Shown here piece after piece: positions 39,701 through 52,816 of a stretch of 64,000 bases of DNA. Made by a program: the position numbers and the translations under genes. The stretch is from Octopus sinensis (lineage: Eukaryota), in NCBI RefSeq assembly GCF_006345805.1, contig NC_043015.1, positions 9,982,001 to 10,046,000 of the forward strand, given 5' to 3'. A model generated the notes under the pieces. That model was given only the letters and a program-made list of their open reading frames with translations, searched no databases and had not been told where the DNA came from. The number at the start of each line of letters is the position of its first letter. The first letter of the stretch is position 1.

Positions 39701-41635
39701 AGTGAATCCCTAAATGCTGGTGATGTAAAAGTTTCGTGAGGCATTTTCCAGGGTGACTCACTGTCACCACTCCTCTTTTGTTTATCCTTAATACCTCTCT
39801 CAAAGCTGCTCAATGACGCGCAGTACAGGTATAAAATGTTTGATAAAAATATAAATCATCTCGTTTACATGGATGATTTAAAGCTTTTTGCAAAAATGAA
39901 CAACAACTCAAGGCTTACTAGCGATAGTCAAACAATTCAGTGACGACATCAGAATGCAATTCGGCCTCGATAAATGTGCAAAGGCTACCTTTATCAAAGG
40001 AAAAATGACAGAAACATCTAACGTTAACCTTGACCAACAGAATGTCATAAAAGAACTAGACCCAGCGGAGAGCTACAAGTACCTAGGGTAATTGAAGGGA
40101 ACGGAATAAGGCATTCAGAGATGAAGGAAAGGATCAGGAGAGAATGCTATCGAAGAGTGAGAGCAATACTCAAGACAGAGCTGAATGCAAGAAACAGGAT
40201 CGAAGCAATCAATGCATTAGCTATACCAGTCGTGACTTACAGTTTCAATATTGTTAACTGGTCAATTACTGAAATATGTCAGCTCGACAGAAAAATAAGG
40301 AAACTGTTGACAATGCATAGAATGCACCACCCTAAGGCAGATACAGAACGACTCTATCTGCCAAGAAAAGAGGGAGGCCGTGGTCTTTTGCAACTGGCAA
40401 TAACAATGAAGATTGCTACAATTGGCCTAGACACCTACCTGAAAAACTCTGTGGACTGGATGTTAAAACTTGTCTCAAAACATGAAAACAAGAAAGCATC
40501 ATACTCAGTCACAAAACAGGCAAAGGAATATCTAAGTGAATTCCGAATACAACCAATTTCGGAATTAGAGATAGATATACAAGAAACAAGCACAGAAAAA
40601 GCTAGGCGCATGAAAACCCGTGCCAAAACTGCGGCCTTAGATATTCTGAATAATAAATGGCAAGGAAAACCTCTCTACGGCAAATACCCAAAGAGAGCGA
40701 ATAATGCAGATATCGACAAAGCCCTGACCCATCAATGGCTAATGGCCTCTGGCTTAAAATCTGAAACAGAGGGGTTTATCATAGCAGCTCAAGATCAATG
40801 CCTACCAACAAGAAACTACCAGGCCAACATATTAAAGATCAGAAGCAGTCCAACGTGTCGTGTATGCAAGCAACAAAATGAAACCATTGACCATGTGGTC
40901 TCCAAGTGCAGTCTTCTAGCGCCTACAGAGTATCTCAACAGGCACGATAGAGCTGCACAATATATTCACTGGGTAATCTGTAAAAACCTGGATTTGCCCC
41001 ATGAAAAAAACTGGTGGGAACACAAACCACCCCCAGTGCTTGAAAATGACCACATCTCACTCCTCTGGAACTTCACCATTCAAACTGACAGGAAGATAGA
41101 TGCAAATAGGCCAGACATCATATTGAAAGACTTCAAACAAAGAACATGCCTCCTCATTGATATGACTGTCCCAATCGATATAAACGTATCTGTCAGGACC
41201 TACCAAAAACTGAGCAAATATAAAGATCTTGAAATAGAAATCAGCAAAATGTGGAAGCTGAAGACTAAAACAATACCTGTTGTCATAGGTGCCCTGGGAA
41301 TGATAGCAAAAGGGGCTGATAGCTACCTAACTCAGATACCAGGAAACCCAAAAATGGCAGAAGTTCAAAAGATAGTGCTCATGGGAACTGCTCATATCCT
41401 ACGCAAAATACTCTCTATGTAACCTCAAGGTTTAAAACAACCATAATTTTCGGTTTAAAAAAAAAAAAAAAAAAAACTTTTTTTTTAGACATTCATTAGT
41501 ACAACATCCCCACCCCCCAAATATATGGCACACTAGGCATAACAACAACATGAACTTCCAACCCTGTTGTCTCTTGAGGTCTCTGGGTGAGACTTGGAGC
41601 CAACTTGTACAAATATAAAGCAAAAGTCAAACATA
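36708..41635 (+). mobile_element. Near full-length R4/Dong-clade RLE non-LTR retrotransposon inserted in (TAA)n
   Basis: (TAA)n on both sides (about 36580-36707 and 41636-41680); single long ORF with RT, CCHC knuckle and RLE. Dong-type elements are known to target TAA microsatellites. The 5' boundary is inferred from the end of the TAA tract. Confidence 0.85.
37702..41422 (+). pseudogene. R4/Dong polyprotein (Myb-like N-terminus, RT, CCHC, PD-(D/E)xK RLE) with two TGA stops and about three frameshifts
   Basis: KWSREDNKEVLEAFY; KWKSPGKDKI; NYRPITCL; [10 protein letters not shown]; GIFQGDSLSPLLF; YMDDLKLF; KEGGRGL; CRVC..ETIDHVVSKC; RHD; RPDII..LIDMT; KLSKY. Stops at 39457 and 39737; shifts near 39590, 39897 and 40088. 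Confidence 0.92.
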
Positions 41636-41681
<46 letters not shown>

Positions 41682-41809
41682 TTCTCTTATAGGCACATAA
41701 GTGATTCACGGTAAAATGAATGCAATGGAGATAACCATTTTATTATGCGCGCTAACAATTCTGCCAAATCGCTGCCTCTCATCCAATTTCATTTTTATTG
41801 TTATTATTA

Positions 41810-41868
41810 ATATCATCATCATCATCATCATCATCATCGTCATCATCATCATCATCATCCTCATCATT

Positions 41869-41962
<94 letters not shown>

Positions 41963-41975
41963 ATATCACCATCAT
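41810..41975. repeat. (ATC)n trinucleotide microsatellite
   Basis: Direct inspection; source of the poly-I/S/M/D ORFs. Confidence 0.95.
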
Positions 41976-42099
41976 CAAAATTAAGCAATACTCATACATA
42001 CAGGAATTTCACCGTGATGAAAATGCATAGTGTATTATTTGTCGCCCTCAAATACAAGGAACGTGATTCTCTCAGATTCTAGGTAATTCGGGGTCGAAA

Positions 42100-44050
42100 A
42101 GAGTCACTTTCCAAAACGCAGGAATGAAGGCCCCCATAAAGACGTTAATTTCAATGTTCCTCCATGCACATCATCTTTATCAGATACTGCAGGAAAAAGG
42201 TCTTGCATAAAACATGAATATTCTAAATGTGTATAATACCATAGTGTGCTTTCCATAGCGCAGTTCTTATAGAGAACGGATATATTTTAACTGGAGGAAG
42301 AAATCTATCAATAGACTAAATCCTGATGACAATTATTTGGCTGATATTCGCAGTACTATCGTAACGAAATTTTGTAAATTAATATGGGAACCCCACAGCG
42401 TGTACAAGAAGACGTTCGTCAAAATGCTTCAGTAAATAATACTGCAAAATATCTCTCCACTTCAGACATGTTACCAATCTTGAGTGAAATTGAAGTAGTT
42501 TTTACCTCACTAAATTTTCCAGTTTCTAGCGCAGTTTCAATAATCACTATACGGAGAAGTATTCAATGAAAAAAACAAAACAAATGAAAACAAAAGTTGA
42601 ACATGTAGAGAATGAATCCAGCATGACAAGTAAAAATTAGGAATGGCAGAACACCGATGTTAAAAAAACTCAAGCTTATCAAGGGCAAAGAAAATAATAT
42701 AGTCCTAAAATCTAAGAAACTGAAAAAGAGAACATGCGGTACTGAAATAAAAATAATCGAAAGAAAGTGGAAGAAATGATCTAAGCCAGAGCAGAAAATA
42801 GTATATAACCTAAGAGAGAGAAAAAACAGAGAATCACTTCAAAAATAGCTCTATGCATTTATAGATACTTAAAATCTCCTACAAAAAAAAATTAAATTAA
42901 TTTTGAAGACGCATCCAACGAGGAGAAAGTAGAAAAATTTCGGAAATCAATCTGGTGGAATCCAGAACACAGTCATGACTTAGCCCGGATTCCTCTTCAA
43001 GGCAAAGATTCTGAACATATCAAAGCGAAAATATGACAAAAATATCTCAGATATATATAATTTAGAACTGCAATGAAAAAATAGAGCAAATGGAAATCAA
43101 CTGAAAGAGACATCATTTCTGACTTAATGCTTACCCAAGTTCTGATGTGTGATTAAACTATTTGTCAGAAACCTGCATACCTGACCCTAGGATAAAATCC
43201 CTCCTTGGCCAATAATAACTTACTGCCCAAATGTTATGAGTCTAATAAAACTTTATAACCATTATTACTGAATACATTGATATTTTTACGATGGTTGAGA
43301 TCATATTGCTAAAAAGGTTTGTAAAAGAATCTTGTAAGGGTGTAAAAATCGGCTTTTTATCAATAAAATGATGGTAGAGAACTGTCGTGAATGATACAAT
43401 AAAATTTCCATTGCATGATTTGAATAAAAAGCCACGAAGATCTTACACTATAAATACATTGAGAAATATTGGGAGATCCACAATATCGCTACGGTTATTA
43501 GTGGTTTTCTATTAAATATTGTAAAGCTCTGAAATTAAAACTCTAACATTGAATTCAGAGGCAAATACTGCAAACGCTGATGCCAGTGAAAGAAAATGAG
43601 GCATTTTACGAAGCGATTCCCTATCAAAAGCTTTATATTGCTTCATAGCCGTTCACTGAAATAAGCTGTTAAGTGACACGAAAGATCTAGAGAATATGCA
43701 ACGAATCAATCAATTACGTCTTTTACACATATGATTTTAATTTTCCATGAAATCTGGCAAAAATGGAATGCCATTGAGCTATAATAAGAAAAGGATTGCT
43801 GACGACATTGCGATATATCTAGTTGGGCCTCGATAAAAACGCTAAAGCGACAATATTTAAATTAAAACCCTTGAAGACAGCACAAATATGCCTTAATTAC
43901 GAAATTAAAAACTGCAGAAAATCCGTTCATATGACAGAGAATGATGCCACTCAGCACACACAAACGCGTTTCAAATTACGGAAAAAATTCGAAATTGAAA
44001 AGTGTTCGAGGAACCGGTTAACTCTCAGCATTAAACTGATCTACTGTGAC
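42100..44050 (+). mobile_element. Old, heavily decayed R4/Dong-like copy in the same orientation as the 36.7-kb element
   Basis: Remnant motifs SKWKS, GCKNRLFINKMMVENC, *GILRSDSLS and LGLDKNAKAT, collinear with the RT of the young copy. Confidence 0.7.
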
Positions 44051-44199
44051 CTACTGCTAGGATATCAGAAAACCGCCCCTTCATTGAGATAAGTAAGAGT
44101 GAAACAAAAATATGTTTAATATACAGAATCCAATGGCATGTTTTAACACACTGGCTTCTCACGAAAAGGAGGAGGCCCTCTTCATCACGCACATACATA

Positions 44200-44412
44200 C
44201 TCTCTTATACAAACCCACGCGTACCTTTGTTTTGGGATCACCATTACTTCATTATCTCCACTTCTTCCTAGCGCTCCTGTGTGACTCTTCTGTCTGGAAT
44301 TCGCCATAATAAATCACTAGTCACTACACATTCTTTATTTTCTCTCTTTGTTTCTTTCTGTCTTCCTATCTGTGGAAGAGCGTAAGCTCGAAACATTAAA
44401 GACTTTTCCACT
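44200..44412 (+). mobile_element. Possible Penelope-like 3' remnant with a decayed hammerhead motif
   Basis: CTGTGGA-A-GAGC-GTAA-GCTC-GAAACATTA at 44370-44398 has the same architecture as 11034-11061. Confidence 0.4.
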
Positions 44413-44420
44413 TGTGCGTG

Positions 44421-44458
<38 letters not shown>

Positions 44459-44464
44459 ATATAT

Positions 44465-44497
<33 letters not shown>

Positions 44498-44519
44498 GTA
44501 TATGCGTGTGTGTATAAGT

Positions 44520-44742
44520 CTATTCTTTTATTCCTTAATTCACTTAACTCACTTGGCTGCGGTCATACCGAAGCACCAATTCGACTACGGAACTTATTCT
44601 TTGTAGCTTACTTCATTGATGTGTTTTGCCGAACCGCTAAGTTACGGGTATGTAAACACACTGACATCGGTTGTGACGCGATGGTTGGGAGACATACATA
44701 GACACACATGCATATACACACACACATTCACATGCACACACG

Positions 44743-44789
<47 letters not shown>

Positions 44790-44951
44790 GACGGGCATCT
44801 CCAATTTCCGTCTTCCAAGTCCACTCACAAGTCATTGGTCAGTCCGAAGCTAAAGTAGAAGACACTCTCCCAAAGTGCTATGTAGCGGGACTGAGCCCGG
44901 AATCATGAGGTTGGGAAGCAAGCTTCTTACCACACAGCCACTCCTGCACCT
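44520..44951 (-). mobile_element. SINE family A (diverged)
   Basis: Ends CTTACCACACAGCCACTCCTGCACC; body matches family A. Confidence 0.82.
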
Positions 44952-45011
<60 letters not shown>

Positions 45012-45368
45012 GTGTGTGTGTGTGTGTGTGTGTGCGTATGCGTGCATAGGTAAATATAGATCTACTCACATACACATGTATATATATATTCTCATTCGTC
45101 TTATTTTATAACATATGTATAATTTTTTATAAATCGTATCACCTTACATAGATACATGGTATGTATGCATATAAAATAATTCATTTTGTGGGGCAAGGGC
45201 CAAACATGAAAAGATATATCAAATATGGTTTTACATAACTGTATCGAATGGAAATCTACTTGCATTGAACTGGTGACTAAATGTTCGCTGTTATTAAATA
45301 CAAACACGCGTAGAAATTCATCTATATGTAAATATTAATTTATAAAGTTAGATGTATTCATATATCAT

Positions 45369-45402
<34 letters not shown>

Positions 45403-45439
45403 TGTGTGTGTGTGAGTGTAGATACCACATATATACATA

Positions 45440-45726
45440 TCACGTGATCACATGACCGACCAGACCATCAGATGTTGCTACACATCGCTGGCCACAATGC
45501 GTTCGCATTGTTTTAGCCTTCGAATGACGCCAACCGCGCTGGCTAAGCGAGCAGGCCAACAGAAGAAAGAGTGAGAGAAAGTTGTGGCGAAGATCGCCAC
45601 CACCCCCTGCCGGAGCTTCGTGGAGCTTTTAGGTGTTTTCGCTCAATAAGCACTCACAACGCCCGGTCTGTAAATCGAAACCCCGATCCTATGACCGCGA
45701 GTCCGCTGCCCTAACCACTGGGCCAT
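45440..45726 (-). mobile_element. tRNA-derived SINE, family D (tRNA-Arg-like head)
   Basis: Reverse complement ATGGCCCAGTGGTTAGGGCAGCGGACTCGCGGTCATAGGATCGGGGTTTCGAT.. with A and B box-like motifs, followed by a non-tRNA body. Confidence 0.75.
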
Positions 45727-46722
45727 ATACATATATATTTTTATATACATACTTATATGCCTATACAAAGCAAGAAATGTAGGCAAATGTATTCTCTCAA
45801 ACATGCTGATCCAGTTTATAGCACGATGGAAATAATATTGCATAAATTGGAGAAATAGCTTGGTAATCATATGATTCAATATGCCCGTAAACGACATTCC
45901 CAAAAAGGAACACTTTGCAATATATACAAGAAATCATCAACATGAAAACTTTTAAGAATATGAAAGAAAATGCTCCCGAATTCTCTTTCGTAATGATACG
46001 ATAGTAAATTTAATTGAAAAAAAGAACCTTTGTTACTCTTATTGTTACTTGCATAAATGTAGTATCAGCAAATACAATTTGATGTCGAATTTTACACTGC
46101 ATATTAGAAAAATCGTAAGGTTAGGTGATACATACACACATATATACACACATGTAGACACACAAAGAAACATACACACACGAACACATATAAACGTACG
46201 GTCCTTTATGCATGTACTTAAATATATATACATATCTATTTCCATATACTCATGTATTTATGTATAGATAATATACAGACACAAACTTCCAAGCGCACAC
46301 ATTTTAATCCCTTTAATGTAACAGCTATTATATGTACACTCGCAAATTACAAATAAGATTTTAGTTGCATGTAATGCACGCATCTTTTGTACATCCTTAG
46401 GACTTAGATTTAAGAATCTAAGAATCGTTGCTTAAAACCATATGTATATATCAAATAATGCATATATATATTATATATAAATGGCAAATGTATGAAGCCG
46501 ACTTTCATCTTTTGTACATTGTACATCATCATCCACATACCCTTCAGCAGCTACATCATCATCATCATCATCATAAATATCTTTCCTCTTCCTCCTCCCC
46601 ACTTCCTTCTCATTCTTATGTTAAATATTTTTATTTTTATTATTATTATTTTCATCATCATCATCATAAAATCATCATCAATATTCTTCTTCTTCTTCTT
46701 CCTTTTCTTCTTCTTCTTCTTC

Positions 46723-46803
<81 letters not shown>

Positions 46804-47884
46804 TTTGATGCTATAGCTGTATTGCCTTTTTGTATTCTTTTAACATTAAAGTTCTGTAACCACAATATTTTGATATTTAGTCTTAGCTGTCAGTCTCAAG
46901 GGAATTAAGCCTTTCAAAGAATTTCCAGTGAAATTTACGAAAATTTATAAATTCTCTTTGAAAAAAAAAAAAATTAAAAAAAGAATACAAGAAAGAATTC
47001 CACGAAGTAAAGCAGAATAAGATAAATGTAAAATAACTCAATTTTTCATGTTTGAGGAAATTTTAACTTTTTTGTTTACATTTCTTTCGCTCGTTTTATT
47101 AAATTATACAGTATTTTTTTCTTAAGTCGTAACTCTGCAAACAAACGATGCAATGCTATTCAGCTGTGCATATTTGATTATTTTGTTTTGATAGTTTTGT
47201 TTTATACTTTCCATTTGCCATTGTCTTCCTGGTTACTTGCAAAATACAGTTGTATGCTTCTATTTTTAAGAGCCTTAATATTCCTTTATGTATAAGCTTT
47301 TTTCCTTATTATTCTCATAAAAATCCTAAGAGTGCGTATACATATATTGTTTTATGCTTTTGTTTTTCGCGTATTTTTTATATTTAATATTCTGTTCAAA
47401 GGAGAAACGCATTAGTGTAGTCTCTAGATGGCTTGTTGAATTTTACATTCAGTTAGATCAAGTGGGCATTTTACAGCTGGGATAAAGAACATATTTTTTT
47501 TTTCTGTTAAAATCATTTTACTACTTTGCTATTTGATATTTTGGAAGGATGTTTATTCCTTTCTCTATGTACTGTTATTAGACATATTTCAGATATTTTA
47601 CTTAAATGTAAGCCAAATCTGAACTATAACTCAATTAAACATTAGTAAACTTTAAACGTTAGCTACATCGTCTTTGAAGTAAAACAATTTACAAGTACTT
47701 AAATATTGTAGGAGCAGTATGACCGAACGTTTAACAGATTCGACTCACAATCATTACGTATTGAGTTCTTTTTCACTTTTCACTGTGTAGAATCTTTTGG
47801 AAATGATGTTGTCTATAGCTTCGTGTTGACACATGCATTGTAGTGGGAATTGTATGGAAAAACTTTGTGTAGAACTTTTACAAA

Positions 47885-48780
47885 CTAGCTGGCCCCGTGC
47901 TGTCAAAAATGAGGGCTAACTGTAGTGTTTTATATATAAATAAGGTACAAAACAAAGTTTTTACTTCTATAATTAGTTTATTACCAAATTTTTTAATGAA
48001 AAATCTCTCTGCAACTAACATCCTTTGACTGCTTGTTTCCTTCAAAAGAATTTTTAAGTTTCCTTCCCTCTTGTACGCCTTAAGGCCGTATAAAGCTGGC
48101 CGTGACTAAATACGGGATAAATTATGGATGGAAAATTAAATTAATACACTTGTCAATGTTATCTGGTGGTTTTCTTTTAAGATGTGACATCGATCATCGG
48201 TTTTTACTGAAAGAACACTGGTTCACACATACAAATCTTCACATACTTTCGTTGTACACGTACACACATACACTCATATACTCACACAGAGTTGAAACGC
48301 TGTTTGATTTTCCTTTACAGCGTTGAATATGCAGCATACCACTTCCATTGCACACACACACGCTTTCACATACCTCACTTTTGCATACACACACATACAT
48401 TCACATAGAGTTGAAAAGCTGTTTGACTTTATTTTTCACTGTAGAATTTCCATCATCCCACTACCAGTTTGCCATCCCCCTTTCCTTCCTTATTATATCT
48501 ATCACCCCTTTCTAACTCATTCATATGTTGTGACGGAGAAAAACACAAAAATATCATTATAGTAGATACGACGGTCTCTTTGCCGCTTCTTCTCTCTCAT
48601 TGCCATTATTTTCTCTCACTCTCTCTGAGTTATGGCTATTACTCTCACTACTTCTCCTATACTGCATTACTATTTTCTCTCCTTTCCCTTCACTTATGCT
48701 ACTCTTTCTGCCACTACCTTCTGCCTAATTTTGGACAAACATATATATAAAAACACAACGCTCGTTATTATATTAGAAGG
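47885..48780 (-). mobile_element. Non-autonomous Helitron
   Basis: Minus-strand 3' end GCCCTCA..ACGGGGC-CAGCTAG|T; minus-strand 5' end TCCTTCTAATATAATAACG. Confidence 0.55.
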
Positions 48781-48937
48781 ACTGTACATGATATTTAATG
48801 CTCCAGGCCTGTAAATTGGTATAAACATGAATGTGCTTCATATTCTGTAGAATGCTTAATCAGTTCGGCGTGAATTCAATGAAATTCGCAATTCACATCT
48901 GAAAACTCATAATCAAAATTTGTGGCCGAAAAAGTTC

Positions 48938-49335
48938 ATCTCTCTTTTACTTGTTTCAGTCATTTGACTGCGGCCATGCTGGAGCACCGCCTTTAATCGA
49001 GCAACTCGACCCCGGGACTTATTCTTTGTAAGCCCAGTACTTATTCTATCTGTCGCTTTTGCCAAACCGCTAAGTGACGGGGGCATAAACACACCAGCAT
49101 CGGTTGTGAAGCGATGCTAGTGGGACAAACACAAACATACACGCACACACACATATACATATATATACATATATACGACGGGCTTCTTTCAGTTTCCTTC
49201 TACCAAATCCACTCACAAGGATTTGGTCGGCCCGAGGCTATGGTAGAAGCCGCTTGCCCAAAGTGCCACGCAGTGGGACTGAACCCGGAACCATGGGGCT
49301 GGTAAGCAAACTACTTACCACACAGCCACTCCTAC
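48938..49335 (-). mobile_element. SINE family A, full length
   Basis: High similarity to 6091-6497. Confidence 0.88.
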
Positions 49336-50607
49336 ATCTATTTATAATTCCTTATATAATAATTTCTGGGTACTCGCAAAACATCGATGCTATAAATAAT
49401 AACGTGTCTACTTATTCTCAATATACTACAACAAATTAAAACGTTTGTTTTTGAACGCTTTTGCTTTCCCTTATCGCCGGATTTCTTCATTCTTAAACCA
49501 TCTGAATTCTGAATACGGGAGATACACCCGCATAAGTGAATTTAAGATACAGCTTATCTAATCGTCCACAGCTACTCCAAGGAAGCCATGAGAAAAACAA
49601 GACTCTTTGTTCTTTAGAAACAAACACAATATTTGCGGAAGTGAAACCATATATACTAAACAGATAATTCGTGAGAATCTAACTGCAATAAGGATTTATC
49701 CATTCTTATTTATTCATTCTTAATATCTTCATAAGATTCGAACGCCAATATCAGAATAACGTTTGCTGTGGTTTTTCGGTGGTAGTGGTGGTCGTCGTGG
49801 TAGTGATGATGATGATAATGATGATAATGATGATGATGATGATGATGATGATGACGATGATGATGATGACGACGACACTCTGATGGTGTTGGTGGTGGTG
49901 GTGGTTTGATTTGTGTGTATGTACATACATGCATGTAATTATAGGGGCACTGGGATAAGTAACATACAGCTTAAACACGAATCTTGAGAAATGAGGCTTC
50001 TCAAATCCAAAAAGGGGAGAATTGATTTGCATTCTACAGATCGAACCTATTACAGGAATTGTAAAATCTGTAAAACTTGCCAGAATTTTATCATTTAAGT
50101 GTATATGGGCATGTCTAGATATGCAAGTATATGCATGAGAAGTCAGACAAAATGCAAAACATACAAATCTGCACTTAGGCATACACACAAAACACCCCGT
50201 TTTTCATGTTCAAATACCAATGAAAGAGCCCTGGATGTAGGTTAGAAACATGATCTTTCTCTATTGTCAAGAAATCTTGAAAGAAAACTGAAATATGACA
50301 TATTAGTGGCTATTAGTAGCAATAGACATCATGAAAGACAATTGGATAATAGGGAAGTTACTTTAATAGGTAGGAAAAGTAAAATATAAAAAAAAAATGA
50401 AGAAAATATACACAATCATATTCTCACGATACATAGACATAAACCACCTGCGTTAATAATGTTTACATACGTACAAACATTTGTACGTACATGCACATAC
50501 ATATATATACATATATAAACGCACGTATACAAACATATGCATATCCGTATAAATGTTTGTATGTATGTATTTATGTGGGTGTATAAATGCATATGTGACA
50601 ACAAAAA

Positions 50608-50900
50608 AGCATTCCGTCGGTTACGATGAACGGAAGAGTTTGCTAGTGAAATTAACTTGCAAGTGGTAGAGAAAGTGACTGGCATGTGTACACTAACGTA
50701 GTGCTCAGGGAGATTCAGTACGACACAGAATGGGATGAGACTGTTCATTTGAAATACATGTACATCTTATTTTTGCTGGCTGAGTGAAGTGGAGCAAGGT
50801 GAAATTAAATGTTCCGCTCAAAGACTTAATATGTGACAAGGTATCACATTCAAGAAACTACGATCGTCAACTGAATACCACCTCGAAATGCCTTCACCTA
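50608..50900 (-). mobile_element. SINE family C (Ceph-SINE-like), decayed
   Basis: CTCAGGGAGATTCAG and GCTGAGTGAAGTGGAGCAA.GTGAAATTAA are shared with the 19800, 57615 and 63350 copies. Confidence 0.55.
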
Positions 50901-51403
50901 AACAACAAAGAACTACTAATATTTGTCATCCCCAGTAAAGTAGCGTCTCTTCTATAGTCTTGTTAATAGAAGGTTCCTAACAATGTATTCTTGTTTTACG
51001 AATGGTATTAAGTTTGCTATTTGACGTAGAGTAATGCACATGCCTTTCAAGTACAACTTATGTTTCAATCCTCTGAAAGCAGGCAATTATTTGAACCTTT
51101 CTGTTTACCTCACATATCAACGGCAAAAAATCCTTATGACAACATGGTTTGTTTAGTCTTGAATGTATAGAAGTTGAAATTCAGGCAGGATTAATGCTAA
51201 TCTCAAGTCGACGATTATTTTTGCTTGCGTTGCGCTTGTATTAGTAGAAGGTAAAGTAAATAATGCACTCGTTTGTTGTACATCTTCGCCAAAGTGTAGC
51301 CCCTTGTCAAGAGGACGAAATAGATTTGACATAAGCAAAATAGAGGGCATTCGCAAAAGTGTAAAACACACATCATATGTGAGCGTGTGCGTATGTATAT
51401 ATA

Positions 51404-51475
<72 letters not shown>

Positions 51476-52199
51476 GTTATAATTTCGAACAAACAGTAAA
51501 AAACTGTCATTATAGTACTCGGAGTTTCTAATGTCAGAGCGAAAAGATACTATGCAACCTTGTCGACTATTCGTGGCAATAGACACTATGAAAGACCATT
51601 GGATAATAGGGAAGTTACTTTAATAGGTAGAAAAAGTAAAAAAATAAAGAAAATAAAGAAAACATGCTCAAACATATTCTCACGATACATAGACATAAAG
51701 CACCTGCGTTCATAATGTTTACATACTTACAACATTTGTACGTACATGTACATACTCACGAAAACATGTGTGCATGTACGTCCTCATACATACACACATA
51801 CGTCTGTACATGCATAGACGTAACATAATACATATATATTTAGACATTTATGCGTATAAATATACGTATATATATATATATATATATACAGACATACATC
51901 CACAATTCCACGCGCACACACACACATATATACATCCTCCCATCACACACCTACAGCCGCATGTATACAAACATATGCATATCCGTATAAATGAAGGGGA
52001 CGTGCACATCAAGCTCGCACATATGCACCGATACAGACTTACACTCATATACATATATATACATATACACACACACGTATAACTTCACACAATTTAAAAC
52101 GAAAAAGGATAAATATAAAAATATGTATAAAAGAATTAAAACATGGAAATTAAAATACATGGGAAAGATTGTGGTGGAACATGATAAAAATGTGGATTC

Positions 52200-52690
52200 T
52201 AGCCGTGATCTTGGGTGGGGGCAAAATCCGTAACAAGTATTTTGTGATATGTCGATATGATAGAAAAAATTCATTCCTTGAATTTAGACATGTAGCGGAT
52301 TCCAAGGTGCTATTCCGAATGAGCCATCTTTTCATATTACAAAGAACACACTTGCCACAACCGTTTTTATAAGGTTTACACTTGGCTAAGATATTTCAGT
52401 AAATAATGACACCTTGTTCGTTTAAGAACCATACATAACTAGATAATTTGGTAATTTTTCGTTTATTCCAATGTCTGAAGCTTTAGGTGGGATTGTTCAA
52501 TCTTGCTTTGAAATTTCCCTCAGTGAGACCCATATATCTCTTCGATGAAACTGTAAATTTAGCGGTCGTAGAAATGACGGTGGCTCCATAAATAATGGCC
52601 TCGGTGATGCAGACTCCATTTAGCGGGCACAAGTCTTTATCCCTGCAGGAACAGCTGGTTTCGTGTTGTGTTGTATTTTGAGTAATTATG
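52200..52690 (-). mobile_element. Penelope-like (probably Naiad-type) GIY-YIG endonuclease remnant
   Basis: CSCRDKDLCPLNGVCITEAIIYGATV..RYMGLTEGNFKARLNN..SFRH..TKLSSYVW..CGKCVLC..LNSRNEFFLSYRH. Confidence 0.82.
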
Positions 52691-52727
52691 CTTTTAAAGC
52701 TGTGAGTGTATATATATATATAGATAT

Positions 52728-52782
<55 letters not shown>

Positions 52783-52816
52783 TATATAATATATATATAT
52801 ATATAATATATATATA

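Noticed and set aside
41701-42082. Poly-I/S/M/D ORFs (also 18.2-19.2, 36.5, 46.4-46.9 and 49.7 kb)
   Set aside because: (ATC)n and (TAA)n trinucleotide microsatellites.
45655-45726. tRNA-like sequence (also the heads of SINE families A and B)
   Set aside because: No complete acceptor stem, and it continues into a SINE body; not a tRNA gene.
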